64,000 bases of DNA from an uncultured Oscillospiraceae bacterium (lineage in GTDB: Bacteria; Bacillota; Clostridia; Christensenellales; CAG-314). Within the stretch, counting starts at the first letter, position 1, and each line of letters starts with the position of its first letter. The stretch is taken from the NCBI GenBank assembly GCA_964598315.1, contig CAZRBI010000001.1, positions 90,574-154,573 of the forward strand. The letters run 5' to 3'. The notes beneath the pieces were generated by a model. It searched no databases. It was not told the origin of the DNA and was given only the letters and a program-made list of their open reading frames with translations. Position numbers and translations under genes: made by a program. This document shows, piece after piece, positions 1-9,986 of this stretch.

Positions 1-1
1 C

Positions 2-1795
2 AAGCAAAGGGATTTGGTGATATTTTTATACAATAACGGCGCAACATTTTGCGAAAAACTCAATGCGCAATTCGGAAACGGAGCTTTGAAATCTCTTGTC
101 GACAAGGGATTTGTCGATACTTTTGAAATGACGGTGCGTCGCACTCCGTATAAAGGACTAGATCTGCAAACCACTGTGCGACATCAACTGACGGAAACGC
201 AAACCAATGCCGTAAACACTGTTTTGTCTGTGCCCGGCGGAAAGTTTTTGCTACATGGCGTAACCGGTTCCGGCAAAACGGAAGTTTATCTTACGATAAT
301 CGAAAAAATTGTTGCTGAAGGAAAAACTGCCATAATGTTGGTGCCGGAGATATCTTTGACACCCAACATGTTAAGGCGTTTGCGCGAACGTTTTGGCAAC
401 ACGGTAGCCTTGTTGCATAGCGGATTGTCTGTCGGGGAGCGTTACGACGAATGGTTGCGTCTAAAAACCGGCGAGGCGAGAATAGCCGTAGGTGCCAGAA
501 GTGCGGTGTTTGCTCCACTTGAAAACATCGGTGCCATTATCATAGACGAAGAACACGATTCTAGTTATGTTTCAGATTTCAATCCGCGCTACGACACTGT
601 GGCTGTTGCTAAATTCCGCGCCGAGCAAAGCGGTGCAGTGCTTGTTTTGGGCAGTGCAACGCCAAGTTTGGTCAGTTTTTACGAAGCGCAAAACGGTCGT
701 CTTCGGTTGATTTCCATGCCGGAAAGAATCAACAAAAAACCATTGCCGCAAGTGGAAATTGTCAACATGTCCAAGGAGTCCGCGTCCGGACACAAAGGCG
801 TTTTTTCGCGCTTGTTGCTGTTGCGTTTGACGGAAACTTTGCGCAGCGGAAATCAAGCGATGATTTTTCTCAACAGACGAGGTTATTCTTCGTTTTTGAT
901 GTGCACGAAGTGTGGCTATGTTGCAAAATGTTCTGATTGTGACGTAAGTCTGACCGTTCACAGAGAGGACGGAATGCTAAAATGTCACTATTGCGGAAAA
1001 AAATACTATATGCTCACCAAATGTCCGAATTGTCACGAAGAAAGTTTTCGACAAGGCCGTGTGGGCACGCAACAGATAGTGCAACTATTACAACAGGGCT
1101 TCCCGGATGCAAAAATTTTGCGTATGGATGCCGACACGACACGGACAAAGGAAAGTCATTCTCAAATTTTGGATGCATTTGCTCGTGAAGAGGCTCAAAT
1201 ACTTGTTGGCACGCAGATGATTGCAAAAGGACATGATTTTCCTAAGGTCACTCTTGTCGGAATTTTGGATGGAGATCAGGCCTTGCACAGAGATGATTTT
1301 TTGGCATGTGAACGCACTTTCCAATTGATCACGCAAGTTGCAGGTCGCAGTGGCAGAAGTGTTGCCGACGGGAAAGTTGTTTTGCAAACGTACACTCCGG
1401 AACATTATTGTTTGGCTTTTGCGGCAAAACAAGATTATTTGGGGTTCTACAAGCGTGAGATCAATGTTCGCGAAACGTCCGGGTTTCCGCCTTTTACCGA
1501 GATTGTGCGTATTCTGTACCAAGGTGAAGACGAAAAATGTTGTATTGACGTGCTCACGGAACAATTTGCGCAAATAAGCAATCTGCGTAAGTCCAATCCC
1601 GAAGCGTTTTTGTATCTTGACAAGATGCGCTGTCCGTTGAAGCGTGCGGAAAAGAAATTCCGCTTTCAAATTCTTATGAAATTGTCAAAGTCGTGCTTGG
1701 ACGACACGTTACAGTCAATTTTTGAAATTTGTAATGAAAAAGTTAAGGGTAATGTTTCTGTTTTTGCAGAAAGAAATCCTCAAAATCTATCTTAA
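2..1795 (+). CDS. priA: Primosomal protein N' / replication-restart helicase PriA (5' end lies upstream of the window)
   Basis: The reading frame is open to the window edge. Motifs: Walker A GVTGSGKTEVY, DEEH box IIIDEEHD, Cys-rich zinc insert CTKCGYVAKCSDCD..CHYCG..CPNC. Followed by def-fmt as in Firmicutes. Confidence 0.9.
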   Translation, partial: KQRDLVIFLYNNGATFCEKLNAQFGNGALKSLVDKGFVDTFEMTVRRTPYKGLDLQTTVRHQLTETQTNAVNTVLSVPGGKFLLHGVTGSGKTEVYLTIIEKIVAEGKTAIMLVPEISLTPNMLRRLRERFGNTVALLHSGLSVGERYDEWLRLKTGEARIAVGARSAVFAPLENIGAIIIDEEHDSSYVSDFNPRYDTVAVAKFRAEQSGAVLVLGSATPSLVSFYEAQNGRLRLISMPERINKKPLPQVEIVNMSKESASGHKGVFSRLLLLRLTETLRSGNQAMIFLNRRGYSSFLMCTKCGYVAKCSDCDVSLTVHREDGMLKCHYCGKKYYMLTKCPNCHEESFRQGRVGTQQIVQLLQQGFPDAKILRMDADTTRTKESHSQILDAFAREEAQILVGTQMIAKGHDFPKVTLVGILDGDQALHRDDFLACERTFQLITQVAGRSGRSVADGKVVLQTYTPEHYCLAFAAKQDYLGFYKREINVRETSGFPPFTEIVRILYQGEDEKCCIDVLTEQFAQISNLRKSNPEAFLYLDKMRCPLKRAEKKFRFQILMKLSKSCLDDTLQSIFEICNEKVKGNVSVFAERNPQNLS

Positions 1796-1806
1796 TCAGG
1801 TGTAAA

Positions 1807-2259
1807 ATGGCAAGAAGAAATATCATAAAAATGGGCGATCCCGTGCTCAGAAAAATCTCAAAGAAAGTCGATTCGTTCGACACTCGTTTGCATCAATTGC
1901 TAGACGACATGATTGAAACTTTGCACTACGCCGAAGGTTTGGGCTTGGCAGCTCCGCAAGTCGGCGTGTTGAAGCGTGTTTGCATTGTCGAATACGACGA
2001 TGTCTTGTACGAGTTGGTAAACCCTGTTTTGGTGCATTCGGAGGGTAAGTGTGTGGATAACGAAGGTTGTCTGTCCGTTGTCGGATTCCGCGGATTGGTG
2101 GAACGTCCAGAGAAAATCGATATCACCTACTTCGATAGGCATGGTGTGGAACACGCTTTGCATGCCGAAGGATACTTCGCTCGTGTTTTCCTACATGAAA
2201 TGGATCATTTGGATGGAATACTGTTTGCTGACAAAATGAAGAAAAAGTTGCCTGATTAA
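1807..2259 (+). CDS. def: Peptide deformylase
   Basis: 150 aa with EGCLS and HEMDH metal-ligand motifs. priA-def-fmt synteny. Confidence 0.95.
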   Translation: MARRNIIKMGDPVLRKISKKVDSFDTRLHQLLDDMIETLHYAEGLGLAAPQVGVLKRVCIVEYDDVLYELVNPVLVHSEGKCVDNEGCLSVVGFRGLVERPEKIDITYFDRHGVEHALHAEGYFARVFLHEMDHLDGILFADKMKKKLPD

Positions 2260-2301
2260 TACAAAACTATTTCAGACATAGTATGTTTTTTGGAGGTAAA
2301 T

Positions 2302-3228
2302 ATGAAAGTTATTTTCCTTGGAACGCCGGATTTCGGAATTTGTGCGCTAAAAAAGATAATGGAGAACCATCAATTGCTGGCATGCGTTTGCCAACCGGAT
2401 AAGGTTGGCGCTCGCGGTAAAGTGGAATTTTGTGCTGTCAAAAAGTTTGCTCTCGAACACGATATTCCGCTTTTTCAGTTTGAAAAAATCTCTCGTGACG
2501 GAGTTGAAACGTTACGCGCATTGTCTACGGACATAATGGTAACGGCCGCTTACGGTCAAATTTTGTCGCAAGAAGTTATCGACGTCGCAAAGCACGGCAT
2601 AATCAATATTCATGGTTCCCTTTTGCCAAAATTGCGTGGTGCATCGCCCATTCAGTCTGCACTTTTACAAGGCTTCACCGAAACGGGTGTCACCATTTTG
2701 CAAACAGTCAAAGCTGTCGATGCCGGCGATATGATTGTGAAAAAATCGTTGCAAATAGCACCGTATGAAAACTGCGGAGAGCTGTTCGAGCGCTTGTCCG
2801 CATTGGGTGCGGAAGCAGTGTGCGAGGCATTGGAACAAATCGAAAACGGTACGGCAGTGTTTGTTCCGCAGGACGAATCGGAAGCAACGTTCACAAAAAA
2901 AATATCCGCCGAACAAGAAAAAATCGATTGGACAAAATCTTCCTCGGAAATTATCAATTTGGTTCGTGCGCTTTCCCCGAATATTGGTGCACACACGTTT
3001 TGGAACGGACAAATTTTGAAAATTTTTGATTTGAGGTTGTGTGATAACCACTATGACGGTAAACCCGGTGAAGTGGTCGATTGCGGAAAAAAAGTTCTGG
3101 CAATAAATTGCGGCGACGGAAAGGCCGTTTCTGTTTGTCGGTTGCAATTGCAGGGTGCCACACGCATGGACGCGGTCAGCTTTTTGTGCGGAAAGCGTAT
3201 TCCCGTCGGAACAGTATTGGGTGAGTGA
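2302..3228 (+). CDS. fmt: Methionyl-tRNA formyltransferase
   Basis: ATG at 2302 is preceded by GGAGG (2292-2296). Starts MKVIFLGTPDFG and has the HGSLLPKLRGASPIQ motif. The ORF-track start at 2290 is probably too early. Confidence 0.93.
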   Translation: MKVIFLGTPDFGICALKKIMENHQLLACVCQPDKVGARGKVEFCAVKKFALEHDIPLFQFEKISRDGVETLRALSTDIMVTAAYGQILSQEVIDVAKHGIINIHGSLLPKLRGASPIQSALLQGFTETGVTILQTVKAVDAGDMIVKKSLQIAPYENCGELFERLSALGAEAVCEALEQIENGTAVFVPQDESEATFTKKISAEQEKIDWTKSSSEIINLVRALSPNIGAHTFWNGQILKIFDLRLCDNHYDGKPGEVVDCGKKVLAINCGDGKAVSVCRLQLQGATRMDAVSFLCGKRIPVGTVLGE

Positions 3229-4475
3229 TGAACAATGCTTTTCTGAAAAGTTTTCAAACTTTGCAATCTGTGTATTGCGACAAGTCATTTTCCTCTTTGG
3301 CGCTCAACAAGACGCTTGCTGTCTGCAAACCGCAGGACAAAGCATTGGTAACGAAAATAGTGTACGGCGTGTTGGATCAGGATTTCAAGTTGTCGTACGT
3401 TTTGTCTCGTTTTGTAAAAAAGATGCCCAAAGGTGACGTGCTGATTATTTTGAAAATCGGCTGCTATTGTCTGTTGAACTTGTCTGTTCCCAAATATGCC
3501 GTCGTCAACGATTTGGCCGAGTTGGCGAAGGTCACGGAAGATCGCCGTCAAGTTGGTTTTGTAAATGCAACGCTCAAACATGTTGCAGAAAAACCGTTTG
3601 ACGATTGGCCAGAAGAAGAATTGTTGCGTTTTTCCGTTCAAAATTCCTATCCCGAATGGGCATTGAAAAAATTGATCAAGGACTACGGCAAGGATGAAGC
3701 GTTTTCAATTGCATCCGGCATGTCCGACGAGCGAACGGTTGTTCGTCTTGCAAAGCAGAGTGCAGTTGAATTGTTTTCGCAAAGTGAAAGCACGTGTTTT
3801 GACGATGCTATTTGGGTAAACGGAAAATTGCCGGAACTTACTGACGCTTTTACAACGCAGAGTTTGTCTTCGATGGCAATTTCTCGCGCAGTTGCTAACG
3901 ATGCGCGCGGCGCGGTTCTCGACTGTTGTTCGGCCCCCGGCGGGAAAGCGGTGTACATCAAACAACTTCGTCCCGATTTGAAAGTTGTTGCTTGTGACGT
4001 CCACGCACACCGTGTAGAATTGATCAAATCCTACGCCAAACGTATGAACGTACAATTGGAAACGTATTGCAAAGACATGACGCAACCCATTGAACAATGG
4101 TTTGGTAGTTTTGACACTGTTTTGTGCGACGTTCCATGCAGCGGCTTCGGTGTTTTGAACAATCGTCCGGATATCAAGCTTTTCAGACAAAATGCCGATA
4201 TATCCGAATTGATGAAGTTGCAACAAAAAATTTTGTGGAATTGTGCTAACTATGTTGCAGTCGGCGGACGTCTTGTGTATTCTACGTGTACAGTATTTGA
4301 TAATGAAAACGGTCAAAATATTCGAAAATTTTTGAAAGAGAGCGAGAATTTTAGTTTGGATTGTATCAATATTCCCGAGTTGCCGCAAACAGCCAATAAA
4401 GGAAGCTATCAATTTTTGCCGCACAAAGACAATATGCAAGGATTCTACTTGGCAGTTTTGAAAAGAAATCACTAA
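3225..4475 (+). CDS. rsmB: 16S rRNA (cytosine967-C5)-methyltransferase RsmB/Sun family
   Basis: SAM motif DCCSAPGGK, catalytic Cys motifs DVPCSG and YSTCT, NusB-like N-terminus. Overlaps the fmt stop by 4 nt. Confidence 0.85.
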   Translation: MMNNAFLKSFQTLQSVYCDKSFSSLALNKTLAVCKPQDKALVTKIVYGVLDQDFKLSYVLSRFVKKMPKGDVLIILKIGCYCLLNLSVPKYAVVNDLAELAKVTEDRRQVGFVNATLKHVAEKPFDDWPEEELLRFSVQNSYPEWALKKLIKDYGKDEAFSIASGMSDERTVVRLAKQSAVELFSQSESTCFDDAIWVNGKLPELTDAFTTQSLSSMAISRAVANDARGAVLDCCSAPGGKAVYIKQLRPDLKVVACDVHAHRVELIKSYAKRMNVQLETYCKDMTQPIEQWFGSFDTVLCDVPCSGFGVLNNRPDIKLFRQNADISELMKLQQKILWNCANYVAVGGRLVYSTCTVFDNENGQNIRKFLKESENFSLDCINIPELPQTANKGSYQFLPHKDNMQGFYLAVLKRNH

Positions 4476-4478
4476 ATT

Positions 4479-5525
4479 ATGGCTACAATTTTGAATGACT
4501 TTACATATGACGAATTGACGCAATTTGTCGCCGAAAACTTTTCTGTACGGCCCTATGTTGCCGGACAGTTGTATTCTTGGTTGATGAAAGGTGCGGATTT
4601 TCATCAAATGACAAATTTATCCAAAACATTTCGTCAACAACTAATTGATTTTGGTTGCGTTGCTGTGTCGGCAAAGATAATCAAAACTCTCACCTCGTCA
4701 GACGGAACGCAGAAGTTTTTGTTTGAGCTTTGGGACGGAAACGTGGTGGAAGGTGTTTTGATGCGCTATAAGTACGGTAACACGTTGTGTGTATCCAGTC
4801 AAGTCGGTTGTCGTATGGGGTGCAAATTTTGTGCAAGCACGTTGGATGGTTTGGTGCGAAATCTTTCTGCTGGTGAAATTCTCGGGGAGGTTCTAAGCGT
4901 AAATGCGTTGGGAACTGACAATCAAAGGTATGTCACCAACGTTGTGATGATGGGTAGTGGCGAACCGTTAGACAATTTCGATAACGTGACAAAGTTTTTG
5001 AAATTATTGTCCGATCCGCGTGGCATAAATGTTTCGGAAAGAAACATTTCGCTGTCTACATGCGGCATTGTTCCGAAAATGCGTCAACTTGCAGATTTGG
5101 GCTTTTCCGTGAATTTGACACTGAGTTTGCACAATCCCGACAACGATCAACGTAAGGAGATAATGCCCATAACAAATGCCTATGAAGTTTCGGAGGTTGT
5201 TGCCGCATGCAAGTACTATTTCGAAAAGACAGGGCGCAGGGTGATAATCGAATACACTCTGATTGACGGTCAAAACGATACGTATGCCCATGCGCTTAAA
5301 CTTGCGTCGCTTTTACGCGGAATGTCTGTGCACGTTAACGTGATTGCTCTAAATCCCGTAAAAGAGACAGGCCTCAGCGGTACAAGTGAAAAAAATTTGA
5401 AGAAGTTCTTGGGTTATTTGGAAAAACTCGGTATTTCCGCAACTCGACGCAGAACAATGGGGCAAGACATTGAAGGAGCATGTGGTCAACTTCGCCGTCG
5501 TTATTTGGAGGAAGCGGATGAATAA
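4479..5525 (+). CDS. rlmN: Dual-specificity 23S rRNA/tRNA A-C2 methyltransferase RlmN (radical SAM)
   Basis: CRMGCKFCAS radical-SAM cluster motif, GSGEPLDN, C-terminal GACGQL. Confidence 0.92.
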   Translation: MATILNDFTYDELTQFVAENFSVRPYVAGQLYSWLMKGADFHQMTNLSKTFRQQLIDFGCVAVSAKIIKTLTSSDGTQKFLFELWDGNVVEGVLMRYKYGNTLCVSSQVGCRMGCKFCASTLDGLVRNLSAGEILGEVLSVNALGTDNQRYVTNVVMMGSGEPLDNFDNVTKFLKLLSDPRGINVSERNISLSTCGIVPKMRQLADLGFSVNLTLSLHNPDNDQRKEIMPITNAYEVSEVVAACKYYFEKTGRRVIIEYTLIDGQNDTYAHALKLASLLRGMSVHVNVIALNPVKETGLSGTSEKNLKKFLGYLEKLGISATRRRTMGQDIEGACGQLRRRYLEEADE

Positions 5526-6393
5526 TTTGCTTGAAGGAACAGTAGTCAAAGCTGTCGGCGGTGTTTTTGCCGTTCAATCTTCCTGTGGTAAATTTACGTG
5601 TTTTTCTCCCAAAAAATTTCGCTACAACGATTTAGATATCATTGTCGGAGATAAGGTTAATTTTGAAGATTTACACAAGGGGAAAGGTATGATCACAAAC
5701 ATTCTGCCTCGCAAAAACAAGCTTCGTCGGCCGGAAATAGCAAACGTCGACGTTTGTTTTCTTGTTCTTGCTTGTCAGCCTACACCGGATTTCTACCTTG
5801 CGGATAAAGTTCTTGTCAATTGCTTTCAAGAAAACATTCGTCCCGTCATAGTTGTGAACAAAATGGATGTGGATAACGGAACTGCAATGGAAATTGACAA
5901 AAATTATTCTTCCATTTGTGAAATCGTCAAGCTCTCCGCCTTTGACAGTACAAGCGTTTCGGCTTTGGAAAAGTACGTGAAAGGCAACGTGGTGTGTTTT
6001 GCGGGGCAATCTGCGGTTGGCAAAACTTCAATCTTGAACGTGCTTTTGCCGTCTGCAAACGGTGAAACCGGAGGTTTGTCGGCAAAAACAGGCCGCGGAA
6101 TGCACACGACACGTCACAGTTCGTTGCATCAAGTGTTGGGCGGCTATGTTGTGGATACTTGCGGCTTTTCTTTGTGTGATCTGGAAGGTATTCGTTCCGA
6201 CGAATTGCGTCTGTATTGGGACGACTATGTTGAAGTGTCTGCCGATTGCAAGTACAATTCGTGCACACACACCGTTGAACCGGATTGTGCCGTTCGTCTG
6301 GCAGTTGAGCAGGGCAAGCTTTCAAAAGACAGATACAATCGCTATTTGGAAGAAGTTAAGGAATTGATAGAAGAGGAAAAACATAAGTATTGA
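5518..6393 (+). CDS. rsgA: Ribosome small-subunit-dependent GTPase A
   Basis: ATG at 5518 is preceded by GGAGGAAG. Circularly permuted GTPase (NKMD then GQSAVGKTS). C-terminal zinc motif CKYNSCTHTVEPDCAV. Overlaps the rlmN stop by 8 nt. Confidence 0.88.
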   Translation: MNNLLEGTVVKAVGGVFAVQSSCGKFTCFSPKKFRYNDLDIIVGDKVNFEDLHKGKGMITNILPRKNKLRRPEIANVDVCFLVLACQPTPDFYLADKVLVNCFQENIRPVIVVNKMDVDNGTAMEIDKNYSSICEIVKLSAFDSTSVSALEKYVKGNVVCFAGQSAVGKTSILNVLLPSANGETGGLSAKTGRGMHTTRHSSLHQVLGGYVVDTCGFSLCDLEGIRSDELRLYWDDYVEVSADCKYNSCTHTVEPDCAVRLAVEQGKLSKDRYNRYLEEVKELIEEEKHKY

Positions 6394-6420
6394 AGCTTAT
6401 GTTTGCAAAGGAGATTTTGT

Positions 6421-7062
6421 ATGAATAATGTTTTGGTTGCTCCGTCTGTACTTAACGTCCCGCACGAAAAGTTGTTGGAACAAAGTGTAAAACTTGAAGA
6501 ATTCGGTGCAGACTGGATTCATTGTGACGTTATGGACGGAATTTTGGTGCCCAACACGGCATTGGAATTATCGGACATTGCCAACTTGCATGCTGTAGTC
6601 GGTTTGCCTTTGGATGTGCATCTGATGTATCAACATCCGCTTGCTGCCATAGAAGAATTTGTCTCGGCAGGGGCATCGGTAGTGACTGTGCATTTTGAAT
6701 CGTCCGACGATATTGTGGAAGTTTCCAAAGTAATCAGGCGTTTCGGATCCAAAGTCGGCATTGCATTGAATCCGGAAACTCCGATTGATGTGTTGTTGCC
6801 GCTTGCGGATTGTTTTGATTTGCTGTTGATAATGAGTGTTAGGCCGGGTTTTGGCGGTCAGCGTTTCATACCGGATAGTGTCGAAAAAATTCGCCGCGCA
6901 AGAAATCTTTTCCCTGATAAAATTATCGAAGTCGACGGTGGCATCAATGCAGAAACTGCTAAAAGTGTTATCGGTGCAGGTGCGGACGTTCTTGTTGCCG
7001 GCAGTTTCATCGTCCTTTCGCAAAACATCAAAGAATCTTTGGAAAAATTGAAAACTTTGTAA
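6421..7062 (+). CDS. rpe: Ribulose-phosphate 3-epimerase
   Basis: ATG at 6421 follows AAGGAG. Motifs: SVLN..HCDVMDG, MSVRPGFGGQ, EVDGGIN. Confidence 0.9.
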   Translation: MNNVLVAPSVLNVPHEKLLEQSVKLEEFGADWIHCDVMDGILVPNTALELSDIANLHAVVGLPLDVHLMYQHPLAAIEEFVSAGASVVTVHFESSDDIVEVSKVIRRFGSKVGIALNPETPIDVLLPLADCFDLLLIMSVRPGFGGQRFIPDSVEKIRRARNLFPDKIIEVDGGINAETAKSVIGAGADVLVAGSFIVLSQNIKESLEKLKTL

Positions 7063-7114
7063 CCGTTTTGGGGCTTTCGGCATAAAATCTAGTAAAAAAG
7101 TTTGGAGATTTAAC

Positions 7115-7207
7115 GTGAAAAACAAAATCGTTTGCTACAAAGTGCCCTCATTTTTAGGGAAAATGTTGAAGTTTTTGCTTGGAAAACGTGTAATTCAAAC
7201 TAAATAA
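7115..7207 (+). CDS. spoVM: Stage V sporulation protein M-like 30-aa peptide (below the ORF-track size cutoff)
   Basis: GTG at 7115 lies 7 nt after GGAG (7104-7107). Peptide MKNKIVCYKVPSFLGKMLKFLLGKRVIQTK aligns with B. subtilis SpoVM (..IKLPKFLGGIVRAMLGSF.., recalled from memory). It sits downstream of rpe as in Bacillus and is followed by a strong terminator. Confidence 0.65.
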   Translation: MKNKIVCYKVPSFLGKMLKFLLGKRVIQTK

Positions 7208-7223
7208 GCCAAATTTGACAATT

Positions 7224-7251
7224 CCCTTGCATGTTGTATGCAAGGGTTTTT
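7224..7251 (+). terminator. Rho-independent terminator after the spoVM-like ORF
   Basis: 9-bp stem CCCTTGCAT/ATGCAAGGG, 5-nt loop, then TTTTT. Confidence 0.75.
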
Positions 7252-7625
7252 GCTGTTGAAAATGAATTTTTTATCGCACCGGGCAATTATTTGAATTATG
7301 TTCTTGGTGATGGTGCGATTGAAAACGGTATGTAATCTTGCCGTTGCAGGTATGGTTTTAAGTAAATGTTAATGTTGCGGAGAGTTGAAAACCGATATTC
7401 TTGAACTTTCATGGATTGGTTCGCCGGTGGTGGTAATGGTTTATCGTTATGATATGATTTTGCGTGCTGATGTTGATAACAATTGTCGTTAGAATTTTGC
7501 CATAATAGTGCGTAAAAGATGTGTTTTGTGTTGTGTAAGGTTGACTTTGTCGTCGAAAGGGTATAATCTTAAATGGTACCTGCAATTTTGCCGGTATGCG
7601 GAATATAATATCTTGGAGTTTTGTT

Positions 7626-8324
7626 ATGAAGTCTAGGGTGTTTATTCATATTGTGGCAAACGTGGTTTTGATAGCAATAGTTAGTTGTATTTCAGTTATA
7701 GGGCTGACAAGTGCTGCAACCAACGTGTTCAACAAAGACGACATCAATCCAATATATAGTGGTAGCGGCTCAAAAGTGGCCCTGATGATAAATGTGTACT
7801 GGGGCACGGAGTATCTTGAAGGTATGTTGGACGTCTTGCGCAAACACAATGTGTGTTTGACATTTTTTGTGGGTGGCTACTGGGTTGCTCAAAACCCGGA
7901 TATGCTTAAAAGAATTTGTGAAGAAGGCCACGAAGTTGGCAATCACGGATATTTTCACAAAGAACACGGAAAACTTACGTATGACGAAAATGTAAGCGAG
8001 ATCGTCGCGTGCGGAAAAATCGTATTTGAAATATGCGGAAAAATGCCGACGCTTTTTGCCCCGCCGGGCGGTGATTTTTGCAATGATACGCTGCGAGCCG
8101 CAAAAGACTGCGGATGTAAAACCATAATGTGGTCTCGCGATACTATCGATTGGCGCGATAATGATTCCGAACTGGTCTACACTCGAGCAACAAAGAATGT
8201 AAGCGGCGGAGAATTGATTCTGATGCATCCTACGCAACACACTCTCGATGCGCTGGAAAAGATTGTCGAGTATTTACAGAAAAATAATTTGCAACCATCA
8301 ACGGTTAGCGACGTTATAGGGTGA
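7626..8324 (+). CDS. Polysaccharide deacetylase family protein (YlxY/PdaB-like, sporulation-associated)
   Basis: N-terminal TM helix. NodB-type motifs TFFVGG, GNHGYFH, WSRDTIDW, LMH. Followed by an M16 peptidase, as in the Bacillus ylxY-mlpA pair. ATG at 7626 follows GGAG. Confidence 0.7.
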   Translation: MKSRVFIHIVANVVLIAIVSCISVIGLTSAATNVFNKDDINPIYSGSGSKVALMINVYWGTEYLEGMLDVLRKHNVCLTFFVGGYWVAQNPDMLKRICEEGHEVGNHGYFHKEHGKLTYDENVSEIVACGKIVFEICGKMPTLFAPPGGDFCNDTLRAAKDCGCKTIMWSRDTIDWRDNDSELVYTRATKNVSGGELILMHPTQHTLDALEKIVEYLQKNNLQPSTVSDVIG

Positions 8325-9598
8325 AAACTATGGATTTTTACAAACAGTATAAAAGCGGATTGAGATTGATTGCCGCAAAACTTGACAACTTCTACACAGT
8401 CAGTTTTGGTGTTTTTGTCAATGTCGGTAGTGTAATGGAGAACAACGAAAATAACGGGTATTCTCATTTTGTGGAGCACTTGCTTTTTAAGGGTACCGAG
8501 CGCCGTAGCGCTTTGCAAATTTCCGAAGAGATCGATGATATCGGCGCAAACATAAATGCTTTCACATCAAAAGATTGCACTTGTTTCTACACAAAGAGCG
8601 CGGCCGGCGATTTGGAAAAATGCGTCGACGTCTTGTCTGATATGTATTTCAATTCAACTTTACATGATTCTGAGTTTGTTCGAGAAAAAGACGTTGTGCT
8701 TGAAGAAATCAAAATGTGTGAAGATACCCCGGATGACTTGAGTCAAGATGCAATAGCATCTGCATTGTTCTACAATCAACCTTTGGGGCAAACAATCCTT
8801 GGTTTGCCGTCCAATATAGAGTATTCTGACAGACATAATATCAAGGAATTCATCAAAAAGCACTATACGGCTGCAAATACGGTGATATCGGTTGCGGGTA
8901 ATTTTGATTTTGAAAAGTTGGATAGTTTTGTTGAAAGGTATTTTGAAAGTAATTTTTCGACAGTAGGTTCGTTAAACGTCGAACCGTGTTCTCGCTATAC
9001 AAATAAGTTTATTCATCGTTTCAAAGATATCGAACAGGTGCATTTGGAATTTGCCGTCGGCGGTTGTTCAATCGATTCTCCCAAACGCTATGCACAATCG
9101 GTTTTGTGTAGCACACTCGGTGGTGGATTGTCAAGTCGGCTGTTTCAAACAATTCGCGAAAAACATGGTTTGGCATATTCTGTCTACGCTTATCCCGGAT
9201 CGTACACTAATTGCGGTTCATTGGGTATATATGCCGGATTGAGCTCCCAAAACATCAAAAAGGTTTGCAATCTCATTCGTGACGAAATTGTACTTTTGGT
9301 AGATAAAGGCATAACGCAAAAAGAGTTGGATCGAGCAAAAATTCAAGCCACAAACGCATTGTACGGCACTTTGGAAAGCAACATGACTCTGATGCGTCTC
9401 TACGGAAAAACAATGTTGAAAACCGGTTCTGTTTTCAACCCTCAAAATGAAATCGATTGCTATCGGTCGGTTGACCTTGCTTCTGTGCGAGACGTTGCCG
9501 AAGAATTGTTTTCGCAAAAACATGCAAGTTCTTTTGTCGGTAGGGAAGTTGACGATTTCGATTATGTCTCAACCTTTGGAGAAACTTTGCTGGGGTAG
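8321..9598 (+). CDS. M16 family zinc peptidase (MlpA/YmxG-like)
   Basis: Inverted zinc motif HFVEHLLFKG plus the downstream E of the pitrilysin family. 425 aa. The start could be GTG 8321 or ATG 8330. Confidence 0.8.
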   Translation: MKTMDFYKQYKSGLRLIAAKLDNFYTVSFGVFVNVGSVMENNENNGYSHFVEHLLFKGTERRSALQISEEIDDIGANINAFTSKDCTCFYTKSAAGDLEKCVDVLSDMYFNSTLHDSEFVREKDVVLEEIKMCEDTPDDLSQDAIASALFYNQPLGQTILGLPSNIEYSDRHNIKEFIKKHYTAANTVISVAGNFDFEKLDSFVERYFESNFSTVGSLNVEPCSRYTNKFIHRFKDIEQVHLEFAVGGCSIDSPKRYAQSVLCSTLGGGLSSRLFQTIREKHGLAYSVYAYPGSYTNCGSLGIYAGLSSQNIKKVCNLIRDEIVLLVDKGITQKELDRAKIQATNALYGTLESNMTLMRLYGKTMLKTGSVFNPQNEIDCYRSVDLASVRDVAEELFSQKHASSFVGREVDDFDYVSTFGETLLG

Positions 9599-9710
9599 CC
9601 GTTCTCAACCTTGCGCTGACGTGTTTTTTACGCAACCGACCGTATTAAGTTTTCTCTGTGCTATCGACAAATTTTCCGATATGGGGTGTGATGTAGTTTT
9701 GTTATTTTGT

Positions 9711-9739
9711 TTGCTCGGCATTTTTGTGATGCCGAGCAA
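9711..9739 (+). terminator. Hairpin downstream of the M16 peptidase gene (weak terminator)
   Basis: 11-bp perfect stem TTGCTCGGCAT/ATGCCGAGCAA with a 7-nt loop. The downstream T-tract is poor. Confidence 0.4.
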
Positions 9740-9986
9740 AATTCTTATGTATATTTTGTGATATAAGTTTTTTTTGCAGTCACAATTTTGTCGCAAGCGT
9801 TGGTCTGCTAACTTACCGAATGAAAGTTTTGGGTTTATTTTTTCATTTTCATTGTTTATTTTTTACTTTTTGTTGATTATTTGCTAAATATAATGTATAA
9901 TAATTTTGTTTGTATAATGTGCAAAATGCACGTGTAAAGTTTTGTTTTTTATTGCGGGCGTATTTGGCTTGCATGGAGGATAAATT

